Positions 50,364 to 60,089 of a stretch of 64,000 nucleotides of DNA are shown here, one piece after another. The stretch's first letter is position 1. Each line of letters begins with the position of its first letter. The DNA is from Nitrospirales bacterium (GTDB taxonomy: Bacteria; Nitrospirota; Nitrospiria; Nitrospirales; UBA8639): assembly GCA_963422365.1 (NCBI GenBank), contig OY729426.1, positions 640,001 to 704,000 of the forward strand, given 5' to 3'. Under the pieces are notes generated by a model. It did no database searches and had not been told where the DNA came from. It saw nothing but the letters and a program-made list of their open reading frames with translations. The position numbers and the translations under genes were made by a program.

Positions 50364-50935
50364 GTGGAATATACAAATCAACAACTACGTCAATCGGATT
50401 AAGCTTACTCAAGAGAAAAAATCGTCTTATGCCGATCAAATTGACACTTTGAAAGACAATGTTCTCAACGCCATAAATGGTATGGTGAGCACTAACGTGA
50501 CAAAGGTCAAAAGAGCAGGCTCGTGGAAGAAAGGCACTGCCTTAGCACCAAAGGGAGATTATCCTCTCGATATAGACGAGGTGTTCTACTGAGACCTCGA
50601 AGAAGATACTTCATTTGACGCTGAGGAGCTTCGGGAAGAGATCATTAACGTATTATGTGAATCATATCCTAACAAGGAAAGATACGGCTTATGGCAGGCA
50701 ACTCCGAAAAAACTTAACTCAGGCGAGTTCAAACCCAGCGTTGATAAGCAATGGGATTCTATAGGCGCAACAAAAGACAAATGTTCGAATTTCACTTCTA
50801 TTGTTCGCATCCTGAAAAGTTGGAGAAACTACCACGAACTGGAGCTTTCTTCTTTTTCCATTGAATTGGCAGTGGCAAATTTGGTTGAGACAAGGAGAAT
50901 ATCTGATTCTTCAATAAACCAGGCAATTATCACTT
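50364..50935 (+). pseudogene. Decayed CdnC-like CBASS cyclase (CD-NTase), absent from the ORF track
   Basis: SD AGGAGG; AGSWKKGTALAPKGDYPLDID, TGA 50590-50592, YPNK, IVRILKSWR, SSFSIEL; 5' frameshift and apparent internal deletion. Confidence 0.75.
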
Positions 50936-51007
50936 ATACGAGTGAAGAGCTAGCGGCCTTGGTCAACGGTATGAAGGGCAAGCGGTTGCCGTAGATATAG
51001 TTGTTCC

Positions 51008-51603
51008 ATGACCATTCATTCGTTTTCCAAATGTATTCAAGAACGTTACGAATTGTTTGAGACGCATCATGCGACGGCTATTCTTGAAAATGATTTTCCC
51101 TCAACGAATGGGCAGACATTGTGGCCGTATTGACGGAATTCCGATTGAAACGAAGCGATATTCTCAAGAGTGGTGGACGTAAAAGCCAAATTGCCCCTGC
51201 TCTGGATTCCAAATTCTATGCACGGGGATGGGACGAAAAGGGACTTGAAACAAAAGTGGTGGTCGATCAGAAGGCTCGTAATTCTCCAACGCACAAAGTT
51301 GACTGTTACAAAAACACGATCGCCATCGAAGTCGAATGGAACAATAACGATCCCTTCTATGATCGTGACTTGAATAACTTTCGACTGCTCTTTGAACTGC
51401 AAACCATCAGCGTGGGCGTGCTCATTACACGATCAGACGAATTACAGGACATTTTTGCTGCTCTTGGTCGAGGAGTTTCCTTTGGGGCTTCAACAACCCA
51501 CATGGGAAAATTGCTTCCACGAATCGAAGGTGGAGGCGGGGGCGGGGGCGGATGTCCGATCTTGGCGGTTGGTATCAGACGGAGGCTTTATGTCGAAGAC
51601 TGA
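51008..51603 (+). pseudogene. BglII/BstYI-like type II restriction endonuclease, frameshifted near 51100
   Basis: ATG 51008 ...HATAILENDFP, then shifted NEWADIVAVL...THKVDCYK, IEVEWNNNDPFYDRDLNNF, GASTTH, GGCP. Confidence 0.8.
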
Positions 51604-52198
51604 TTTTGCGAGACTCAGTCATCACACGTCATTTTCTACCATTTTAGCCGACCCACCTTGGAGATTTACGAACCGGACAGGGAAGGTTGCCCCTGAACAT
51701 AAACGTCTTCGTCGATACCGAACCATGAGCATCGAAGAAATTTATGAACTTCCCATCAAGGACATTGCCAACGATCCAAGCCATTTATACCTGTGGTGTC
51801 CCAATGCACTCCTTCCTTGGGGACTGCAAGTCGTGCAAGAGTGGGGGTTTCAATATAAGGGCAATGTGGTGTGGTATAAGATCAGAAAGGATGGCGGCCC
51901 AGACGGACGCGGTGTCGGCTTTTACTTTCGCAACGTCACCGAACTGCTGTTGTTTGGTGTTCGCGGGAATCTACGGACATTACAACCAGGGCGTCGGCAA
52001 GTGAATCTGATCGAATCACAAAAGCGAGAACATTCTCGCAAACCTGATGAAGTCTATAACATCATCGAAGCCTGTAGCCCTGGCCCATATCTTGAACTCT
52101 TTGCCAGAGAACCACGGACAGGGTGGATTCAGTGGGGTGATGAACTTAGAAAAACCATTCCGAATTACTCATCTGCCTATGCGACTCCTGGAGGGTGA
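51590..52198 (+). CDS. MT-A70 family N6-adenine methyltransferase
   Basis: ILADPPW, LYLWCPN, GFYFRNVTE, EHSRKP, YLELFAR; SD GGAGG. Confidence 0.92.
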   Translation: MSKTDFARLSHHTSFSTILADPPWRFTNRTGKVAPEHKRLRRYRTMSIEEIYELPIKDIANDPSHLYLWCPNALLPWGLQVVQEWGFQYKGNVVWYKIRKDGGPDGRGVGFYFRNVTELLLFGVRGNLRTLQPGRRQVNLIESQKREHSRKPDEVYNIIEACSPGPYLELFAREPRTGWIQWGDELRKTIPNYSSAYATPGG

Positions 52199-52353
52199 CC
52201 CCCCTGAGCCAGACAAAAACATCCCAATCCTGCAGACTCCGTCGCTCCAAATATGACGAAGTGAATGATCCGTCCTTCTTCAAGATTCCCTGCACGTTGG
52301 AGAACCTAGCCAAGACGATTCTTCTGAAACCCAAAGCCAACCACAGGTTGTGA

Positions 52354-52950
52354 TCAGGATTCACCGTGTTGGCGAGCGTGAGACCGACGGGTCACAGAAA
52401 TGTGGTATTCCACCATTTTCTTTCGCAGGGTATTGCGATTCAGGCCGAGCAGTTGGGCGGCTTGAATCTGATTCCCATTCGTTTTACGAAGCACGTGTTG
52501 GATCAATGGCCGTTCCACCGCTTGGATGAGGGTCGCATGCAAATTCCTGTCTCCACTTGCCTTCGTGGCCCGCACAACAAACTCACCGAACGGCGACTCG
52601 ACATAGTCTTCGGGAGTCAACGTTCGGCATTCTTGAACCCCGCGACTGACTTCTCTCCCATGACCCTTGCTGAGGAGCCATTTCATGCTGTCCACCGCTT
52701 CAGGAACGGAAGGGGCCCCTGCGATGATCAACGTCTTTGACCCGTCAATGATGTCCGGCAAATCCCTGAGTCCTTCCCCCGATGTCTTTTTAGAAAGCAC
52801 CAACCCATCGATTGGGGTCTTTTGAGCCTCTTGTTTAACCTGCTCAAAATTTTCCACCAGCACCACGCGACTATCCGCCTCATCCTGTAGAGGCTGCGCA
52901 GACTCCTCTGCTAGGTCGCCCACGACGACGATATGACTCACTTGCGACAC
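52354..52950 (-). CDS. Fis-family HTH protein with degenerate receiver-like N-terminus
   Basis: VERPLI...TNGNQIQAAQLLGLNRNTLRKK. Confidence 0.75.
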   Translation of the reverse strand: MSQVSHIVVVGDLAEESAQPLQDEADSRVVLVENFEQVKQEAQKTPIDGLVLSKKTSGEGLRDLPDIIDGSKTLIIAGAPSVPEAVDSMKWLLSKGHGREVSRGVQECRTLTPEDYVESPFGEFVVRATKASGDRNLHATLIQAVERPLIQHVLRKTNGNQIQAAQLLGLNRNTLRKKMVEYHISVTRRSHARQHGES

Positions 52951-52999
52951 GGTGGTTGTTCCTTACCCATCGCGAAGAAGATTCGTGCCGGCTTATCTT

Positions 53000-54481
53000 T
53001 CATGCTAACCCCAGCAGCGGACAAAGAAAGCGCAGCGTCAGCCACACGAGTCCGGCCCCCAGGATATCCAACAGCAACCCGGCTTTGAGCATTTTGGGCA
53101 GCGGGACCAAGCCGGTGCTATACACAATAGCATTCGGTGGTGTCGAGACCGGCAAGATAAACGCGAGGCTTGCGGCTAAACAGACTCCAAGGGTCGGTGG
53201 AATCGGGGAGATTTCAGCCACGGTTGAAATGGAAATCACCACGGGAACGAGCATACTCGCCGAAGCGGTATTTGATGCAATCTCCGTGATCACCAATGCC
53301 GCGCCTATCGCGACGGCCGTCAAGGTCCACAACGTATTGCTCCCGAAGAAAGCAACCAAACATTCTCCGATGATCGTAGCCAGATTGGTTTGCACCATCA
53401 AATGTCCAAACGTCAATCCTCCGCCAAACAATAGTATCGTCCCCCAGTTGATGCTCGCCACTTGGGTCCAATTCAATGTAAATTCCCCGGCTTTGCAATT
53501 GACGGGCAACACAAAGAGCAGCCCCGCCGCGAAAATCGGAACCATCTCCTTGGGAAGACGGGTGTTGATGAAGGTCACCAGATCGGAATCCCGTCCTAAC
53601 ACAATCCCCAACATCCCCGGCCCGACCCAACACCCGATGGCCAAGACTAGCGCGAAACAGGTATTCATCTGGCCTTGTGACCAAGCGCCCTGCTGTCGGC
53701 GAAGCGTGTGAAGATGAGCATCTAGAGCCGGAAACGTCCTTGGGGGTGGGTATAGCCAAAAAAGCACTACGACAATGCACAACCCGAGCACGACTGCGAG
53801 CGGCAGCCCGATGGCCACCCAATCAAAAAACGCCAGGGAAATGCCTGCTTGTTGAGAAAGCAACCCCACGCCAATGATATTAGGCGGCGTGCCGATCATC
53901 GTGGCAATCCCGCCTGCCGCAGAGCCATAGGCTAATAACAGAAGGACCCCAGGCTCATGAGGCCCGGTCTCTTCGTAAGACCTGCGGATCGTTGAGAGCA
54001 GGCCAAGTGCAATAGGGACCATAATGGCCACAGCCGCCGTGTTACTAATCCACATGGACAGGACAGCCGTCGCAAACCCCATGACCCCGAAAATCGCAAC
54101 AGGGCTGGTCGTGAGCCTTTTTCGTGACAACAGCCATACGGCAAACCGTCGGTCCAGCCCGTGAACCACAAAGGCTTCGGCCAAAAAGAAGCTGCCGATA
54201 AAGAGAAAGATGATCGGATGGGCAAATGTGGCTAGGACTTCCTTTGCCGACCCTAACCCCGTGGCAATACACAACGCCGCGCCGAGTAGTGAGGTCACGG
54301 CGAGAGGAAGGGCCTCCGTGGCCCAATTCACCACGACCCACACCAGAACGGCTGAGAGGATATGAGCCGAGGGAGGCAGACTGGAAAACGGGTTGAGATA
54401 CACCAAGAGCGCCAGCACGGGTGCCGTATACAGGCCGACTCGTTGCCTCATCCCCCAAACATGCCGGTTCGCGGTTGTCAT
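53000..54481 (-). CDS. DASS/SLC13 family sodium-coupled anion symporter
   Basis: TEALPLAVT, SMWISNTA, GTPPN, TEIASNTA, PVSTPPNAI. Confidence 0.92.
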   Translation of the reverse strand: MTTANRHVWGMRQRVGLYTAPVLALLVYLNPFSSLPPSAHILSAVLVWVVVNWATEALPLAVTSLLGAALCIATGLGSAKEVLATFAHPIIFLFIGSFFLAEAFVVHGLDRRFAVWLLSRKRLTTSPVAIFGVMGFATAVLSMWISNTAAVAIMVPIALGLLSTIRRSYEETGPHEPGVLLLLAYGSAAGGIATMIGTPPNIIGVGLLSQQAGISLAFFDWVAIGLPLAVVLGLCIVVVLFWLYPPPRTFPALDAHLHTLRRQQGAWSQGQMNTCFALVLAIGCWVGPGMLGIVLGRDSDLVTFINTRLPKEMVPIFAAGLLFVLPVNCKAGEFTLNWTQVASINWGTILLFGGGLTFGHLMVQTNLATIIGECLVAFFGSNTLWTLTAVAIGAALVITEIASNTASASMLVPVVISISTVAEISPIPPTLGVCLAASLAFILPVSTPPNAIVYSTGLVPLPKMLKAGLLLDILGAGLVWLTLRFLCPLLGLA

Positions 54482-54772
54482 GCTGCTGCAACTCCGCGGC
54501 CGTGTTTCAGGATGAGCCTGGGACGGGGTTGATGATTGCTTCAACGGGACCTCGTGCGACAGAAGCCTTGACTGACGGCAGTGACTGAAGGGCACTGTAC
54601 CATAGCAAGTTGAGGAAAAACCATTTTGGCACCCCGCGGCACCTCATGCGAAGACCAAGCAGTCGTACACGGCACGCTGCCTGAACTGCGAAGGCAGAGG
54701 TAGGAATCCAGAGGGATGCTTCAATGAGGCCACGGCAATAATGGCTCGGAATCACAAAGCCAACTGCAACCA

Positions 54773-55159
54773 TTACCCAGCCATGGAAAAGGGCAATCGG
54801 GCAGGCACGGGAGACACGCCTGAAGCCGGTGTAGCGTATCCCCTGGATATGTTAGGCAAGGGGCTTGACTCCACGGCAAGCTTCAGCCCGACGCTTTCCA
54901 ACACAGCCTCAAGGGTGGAAAAGCGAGGATTGCCCTTTCGGGACAGCGTTCGGTACAAGCTCTCACGGCTCAGTTGCGTATCATGAGCGAGCTGTCTCAT
55001 GCCTCGGGCCTTTGCGACATCGCGTAGGGCCAATAGGAAGATAACTGCCCCCTGTTCGGATGCGTCCTCCAGGGCAGCGTTCAAATAAGCCGCTGCTTCT
55101 TCGGGATCTTGGAGATCGCGACAGAGGATGTCTTCATACGGAACGGTTCGCCTTACCAT
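54773..55159 (-). CDS. Addiction module antidote protein (HI1420 family)
   Basis: EAAAYLNAALE, FLLALRDVAKARGM, SRESLYRTLSRKGNPRFST. Confidence 0.9.
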   Translation of the reverse strand: MVRRTVPYEDILCRDLQDPEEAAAYLNAALEDASEQGAVIFLLALRDVAKARGMRQLAHDTQLSRESLYRTLSRKGNPRFSTLEAVLESVGLKLAVESSPLPNISRGYATPASGVSPVPARLPFSMAG

Positions 55160-55165
55160 ATGCTT

Positions 55166-55499
55166 ATCTCCCAATGTAATCAGCCAATACTCTTGAGTTT
55201 TTTGATATCTGCCGCCTGGGTCAGTTTCGTTCCTCCGCACAAAAGGAGGATTAAACGGGATCCGTCTTGTCCGACAGACACTCGGTAGCCCTGACCGATA
55301 TCAATGCGTAGCTCTAACACCCCGCGGCTAACGGATTTGTGATCTCCCATGTTGCCAGGCGGAGCCGTGCTATCCTGACGCGGATGCTGTTTCGTGCCTT
55401 CTGGTCCGTCAGCTTGCGCAGCCAATCCGCAAATAGAGTGCGACCATCGGCTGCCATGTACACTACGACCTATCGATGTCGTACATGGGGCATATTCAT
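55166..55499 (-). pseudogene. Addiction module killer protein (HI1419 / RelE-ParE fold); stop plus frameshifts
   Basis: Internal TAG, DGRTLFADWLRKLTDQKARNSIRVRIARLR, frameshift, GNMGDHKSVSRGVLELRIDIGQGYRV...LLLCGG. Confidence 0.85.
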
Positions 55500-55787
55500 A
55501 TTATATAGTAGCGTATGGGCTATTTTTCAACGCTTGGGCAGCTAAGGCGTGTTCACACTAAACTCGTAATGGGATGTGTCAATTGGTGCTCAAACTCTTG
55601 TTTTCCTGAAAAAGCACTGACAGAATATCTGAAAATCGCAATTAATAGAACACGTTTTCCGTAAATTCAATAATTGATATTATCAACACGCTCTTCTAAG
55701 AAAAGCGCAGTCGGTCGGCGTAAGCGAACAAACGGCGGCGGATTTCTGGACAGGGCAGACGGCAGTGTGGACGCTCCGACATAGCGG

Positions 55788-56158
55788 TCAAACCATCGTA
55801 CAATTCCTGAGGCTCGTCACATTAGCGTTGCACGTCTCGTCAAGAAGCCACAGTGCGCTGTCGCCGCTCAGTAAAATCCAGGACCGGGTTTGCGCGAGCT
55901 TGAGAGCGAAACAATCGGGCAGGGAAAGGGCTGGCGCTTGCCGCCGGCAGGCAAGGGCGTGATTTACACCGTCGCCGTCCAACTCCTCAACGGAGAGGCC
56001 AAGCCGGATCAGTTCGTCGCCACCGTAACCCTTCAACTCTCTTTCGTAGAGCAGGTCGGGACGGCGAACCGGAACAGCAGGTGGAAACTGGCTCTCAGAA
56101 GGGACCCGCGTTCGAGATCAACAAGAACGAAGGTATCGGAGACCAGTACCTGCTGCAT
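55788..56158 (-). pseudogene. PIN-domain protein, frameshifted near 56060
   Basis: MQQVLVSDTFVLVDLE...FAVP / DLLYERELK...LSLPDCFAL...LLSGDSAL. Confidence 0.75.
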
Positions 56159-56163
56159 AGGAC

Positions 56164-57249
56164 TCAGTCCCCGGCCGCCTTGTGTTCAACAATCGGCGGC
56201 TCCTCCATCCGCCGGTTCAGATCCTGCACCGACAGGCTGAGCAACTCCGCCGCCTTGGATTCGGAAATGGCTCCCTCGGCAAGAGCACGGAACGTGAGTC
56301 GCTCGAAACGCTTCGGCTCCTCGCCTTTTCTGGCGTGCGGCTCCTCATATGGCGGGCTGCGCCACCCGAAACGGTCGAAGTCGTTGAACAGCCGTCGGAA
56401 CGCAGCCTCGCTGAAAATGCCGAGGTCTTTGCAGCGATACGTGATCGCCTGAACGCTCGCGCCAAAGAGTCGTTTCAACTCGAAAAGTTCTCCCCAACCG
56501 ATCGCCGTGCGGTGTTTCCCGATCTCTGCCCAAAGGACGTCAGCGGGCATAAGGAAGGCGCCAGCAAATCGGTGCGCAGCCTTCTCCTCGTTCACCTTGG
56601 CAGTCACGTCCATGACCAGATGCCCAAGCTCATGGGCCAGCGTGAAGCGCTGACGCTCCCCCCATTCCTTGCGGTTCACCACAATGACGGGCAAGGCGCC
56701 TTTCCCGATACGGCGGACGCGCGCCGTCAGACCGTCGATATTCGTCAGATCGACGGCAAGAACCTTGATCCCCTGCTCTTCCAGCAACTCGACGAGGTTC
56801 GGGATTGGGTCGTTGCCAAGACCCCAATGATCCCGCAGGCTTCGGGCGGCGCGGTCGGCCTCCGAAACGTCACGCATGACGGGGTAGGGAGCCTCACGAG
56901 GACTGTGCCACTCGACACTCGGAAGGTTGAGCAACTCCTCGACCAGAAGATAACGCTCCAGAAAGTGCAGGACCGTGGCTTCGACCTGCGATTCCTCTCG
57001 TTTGCTCGTCCTCCTCTTTTTCCTGAAATCCACCGCTTCGAGGACCATTTCCTGGTCGCCGACCAGATAGTCCACCGAGACGTCAAGAGCGTCGGCGAGC
57101 GCGATCAAGACACCCGAGCCGGGCATCGATTCGTCGCGCTCGTACTTTCCGATTGCCTGCGCCGTGACGCGGCTTCCAATTCTCTCCTCTAATCCTCTGA
57201 GAGACAGACCAGCTGCAGAACGTGCCAGCTTCAATCTTTGTCCTATCAT
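56164..57249 (-). CDS. XRE HTH + ImmA/IrrE metallopeptidase fusion
   Basis: IGQRLKLAR...AIGKYE HTH; RQRFTLAHELGH (HExxH); EKAAHRFAGAFLMP. Confidence 0.93.
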   Translation of the reverse strand: MIGQRLKLARSAAGLSLRGLEERIGSRVTAQAIGKYERDESMPGSGVLIALADALDVSVDYLVGDQEMVLEAVDFRKKRRTSKREESQVEATVLHFLERYLLVEELLNLPSVEWHSPREAPYPVMRDVSEADRAARSLRDHWGLGNDPIPNLVELLEEQGIKVLAVDLTNIDGLTARVRRIGKGALPVIVVNRKEWGERQRFTLAHELGHLVMDVTAKVNEEKAAHRFAGAFLMPADVLWAEIGKHRTAIGWGELFELKRLFGASVQAITYRCKDLGIFSEAAFRRLFNDFDRFGWRSPPYEEPHARKGEEPKRFERLTFRALAEGAISESKAAELLSLSVQDLNRRMEEPPIVEHKAAGD

Positions 57250-57272
57250 GGGTTCATCCTCTGTATTGGCAG

Positions 57273-57307
57273 TTTACAAAAATACATGATATATGTAATT
57301 TTGTAAA
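57273..57307. promoter_or_regulatory. Palindromic operator in the divergent promoter between XRE-ImmA and CBASS
   Basis: TTTACAAAAATACAT-GATAT-ATGTAATTTTGTAAA, 14/15 inverted match. Confidence 0.7.
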
Positions 57308-57328
57308 GTTTAAATCAGGAGGCATCAG

Positions 57329-58588
57329 ATGACGACGAAGACAAACTCATTGCGACCACTCCTCACCGATCTGGCGGATATCCTGCTAGCCGAAGTGGCC
57401 ATCCGCATTCAACTCAGTCGGACGGACTACAACAAGGCTGTATCCCGTTATCAGACGATCAACGATTGGATCAAGCGTGACGAGAGCCCATTGAAGGATC
57501 GTGTCGAGTTATTCTACCCGCAAGGGTCAATGGCGATCGGTGCCACCATAGCCTCAAAGCTGAGAACCGACGAGTTCGACATCGATGTAGTCGCTCAGCT
57601 TGATTTGCCAGTTAATGTATCACCACGGGAAGCCCTCGACTTGCTGTCCAGAGCGATCCTTGGAGAGCCAGGCTCCAGATATTCCCGGAGGGTAGAACGC
57701 AGAACACGGTGCGTCACAGTCCATTACAATGACGACATGCACCTCGACGTCACACCTGTCCTGCGCATGGTAGGAACTCCGGAACGTCAGAGTCGGATAT
57801 TCCACCACCGGGCGGAAGCGCCGCAGGAGCCGAGCCGCCGACTCATAGCGAACCCTTATGGATTCGCTGAATGGTTCAAGATCAACACGCCGCGGGACGA
57901 TGACTTCGCCGACATCTTCGAGAAACGGGCCGAGGAATATGACCGATTGCGCATACAGGCAGAGGCGGACAGCGAGCCCGTTCCTCCACAGGAACCGCCG
58001 TTCCGGAAGTCGAAGGCCGTCATCGTGCTGCAACTCCTGAAGCGTTGGCGTAATGTGCAGGACGACTCCCGGTCGGGTCGGCGACCGCCGTCGATCATGA
58101 TCGCGAAGCTCGTGGCCGGTGCGGCCAACCATACGGAGCGCCTGTCGGAGGAGTTGTTGCTCCAGACGCAGCATATACTGTCCGTCTTCCGCCAGCACCA
58201 CGACCGAGGCCGACTCGTTCATATTGTCAATCCGGTATGCGAACGTGATGTGCTGACCGATCGCTGGCCGGGATCGCTACAGAATCAAGCGCTATTCATC
58301 GACGATCTTGAAGACCTAGTAGGCAAGGTCGAGCAGTTGGTTAAAGGACGCGATCTGGAAGTGATGCAGAAAATCATGGTGAGCCTGTTCGGCGAAACGC
58401 CTGTAAAGGAGGTTGTCCGAGCATTCAACAAACGGACTGGAAATGAGATTGGTGGCGGGCGTAGCTGGTACGACCCACAAAAGGGAGGTTTGATTATTCC
58501 AGCATCGGTGGCGAGTGTAATGGTCCCGTCTGGCATTCGGGTAACGCCTCGACATAGCTTCTATGGGACCGAACAGAGGAAACCGTGA
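57329..58588 (+). CDS. CD-NTase (cGAS/DncV-like cyclase) of a type II (short) CBASS
   Basis: YPQGSMAIGATI...EFDIDVV, RCVTVHY, MHLDVTP, LLKRWRN, PPSIMI, NPV...DRWP, C-terminal HSFYG. Confidence 0.92.
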   Translation: MTTKTNSLRPLLTDLADILLAEVAIRIQLSRTDYNKAVSRYQTINDWIKRDESPLKDRVELFYPQGSMAIGATIASKLRTDEFDIDVVAQLDLPVNVSPREALDLLSRAILGEPGSRYSRRVERRTRCVTVHYNDDMHLDVTPVLRMVGTPERQSRIFHHRAEAPQEPSRRLIANPYGFAEWFKINTPRDDDFADIFEKRAEEYDRLRIQAEADSEPVPPQEPPFRKSKAVIVLQLLKRWRNVQDDSRSGRRPPSIMIAKLVAGAANHTERLSEELLLQTQHILSVFRQHHDRGRLVHIVNPVCERDVLTDRWPGSLQNQALFIDDLEDLVGKVEQLVKGRDLEVMQKIMVSLFGETPVKEVVRAFNKRTGNEIGGGRSWYDPQKGGLIIPASVASVMVPSGIRVTPRHSFYGTEQRKP

Positions 58589-59022
58589 TCTTATCGACAT
58601 GGAAGCAAGTCGAACTGATGCGGAGGGAGTGGCCGATGTTTAAGGTTCTCCGCCGCACTCGTTGGCATGCACTTTGGGAGGGGTCGCTTCGGCCTCTAAG
58701 CCAGCCCTACACGGTCCAAGTGTTGTTGCAGCGCGATCAAAATCGCAAAAAAGCTGATCTTCCACGGATTCCGCTAGTGACTGTAATTGATCCTCTGCTC
58801 CGCCGACGATCAGCAGATACACGTGCATCTATTCCTCATCACTATCCGAACCCGAATCATCCCGAATTGCCTATTCTTTGCCTTTACGATCCGGCTGCCA
58901 AAGAATGGCATCCCCGCCTTGCGGTCGCCCGAACCATCGTCCCCTGGACGATCAATTGGCTTGCTTGCTACGAGGGTTGGCTTGCAACGGGCGAGTGGAC
59001 CGGCGGCGGACGGCACGGATGA
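58585..59022 (+). CDS. CBASS E2-fold protein
   Basis: WEGSLRP, PHHY, LCLYDP (catalytic Cys), EW, TIVPW...WLACYEGWLATGEWTGGG; GTGA overlap with the cyclase. Confidence 0.85.
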   Translation: MILSTWKQVELMRREWPMFKVLRRTRWHALWEGSLRPLSQPYTVQVLLQRDQNRKKADLPRIPLVTVIDPLLRRRSADTRASIPHHYPNPNHPELPILCLYDPAAKEWHPRLAVARTIVPWTINWLACYEGWLATGEWTGGGRHG

Positions 59023-60087
59023 CTCGTCAAGTAGTCCCTTCGATGCCCAGCGATAGCGGGGATCATTCACCGAAACGATCATCCAGAGCGCTCAAGTGCC
59101 GTCGAGTTCCTCTTCCTTGGCCGGAAGATAAGAACTTTCGTATCCTCTCTATTGTATCCTCTCTATTGCTGGCGGCGGCATCCGTGGGATATTCCCGACC
59201 GCTTTCCTTGCAGGACTGGAGGACCGCTACCTGGAAGGGTCTTCGGTGGCGCGATACTTTGACCTCACTGCCGGAACCTCGACCGGCGGAATCATTGCCA
59301 TCGGCCTTGCCGCCGGTCTGAAGGCAGCGGACCTGCGCAACCTTTACGTTGATCGCGGATGCGAAATCTTCCCGCCCATCCGAAGCGGGATTGTCGGAAC
59401 GGCGGAGCGTCGCTTGAGAAACGCCTGCCAGTATTTCAAGTTCCGTTACGACCGAAAGGCGCTGATGCGGATTCTGCGTGACACTCTCGGCAACCGAAAA
59501 TTCGGCGAAGCGCAGACGCGGCTGTGTATCCCCTCGTTCGAGGGCCGCTATTGTGAGGTCTACATTTTCAAAACCCCTCATCACCCTGATTTTCAGAAGG
59601 ATGCCAGCGAGCGGATGACAAAGGTCGCTGACGCTACAGCGGCGGCTCCAACCTTTTTCCAACCACTCCAAGACGGTGGCTACACATTTGTTGACGGCGG
59701 AGTCTGGGCGAACAATCCGATCATGATAGCGCTCGTTGATGCCTTGTCCTGTTTTTCCGTGCCTCCCAATCGTGTATGGATTCTGAGCCTTGGGTGTGGA
59801 GATGATCCATACGTCGTGGACCGTCCAAAGATGCAGCACGGCGGCATATGGGCGTGGCGAAATATCTTCGATGCGGCGATGCGGCTACAGTCCCTTAATG
59901 CTCTCGGCCAAGCCGGGCTAACGCCCCAACGAGCGAGGACACTATCCAAATGGACGATTGGACCCGCGCCGTCTCAGAACTGCCCGGCGCGGCGGAATCA
60001 GCGCTCGACAAATTAGGAGAGAACGTGTCTAAGGCATTCCTTTCGGAACCTGCAAACCGATACGAGCCAATCGTTAGAGAGTCTTAG
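59019..60087 (+). pseudogene. CBASS patatin-like phospholipase effector (CapV-like), disrupted
   Basis: RILSI + GGGIRG broken by a 14-bp tandem duplication (59140-59167); GTSTGG, AAPTFF, DGGVWANNP; second frameshift/deletion near 59920, alternative frame ends at TAG 60085-60087. Confidence 0.88.
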
Positions 60088-60089
60088 GC

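Noticed and set aside
55938..55956. CTTGCCGCCGGCAGGCAAG hairpin in the PIN pseudogene as another copy of the CAGGCAGG repeat
   Set aside because: Short, and it lies in apparently ordinary coding sequence; cannot be distinguished from chance.
52956..57192. Long antisense ORFs (e.g. 52956-53711 +, 56182-57192 +; likewise 554-1243 -, 8700-9437 -)
   Set aside because: Shadows of well-supported genes on the opposite strand, with no recognisable motifs.
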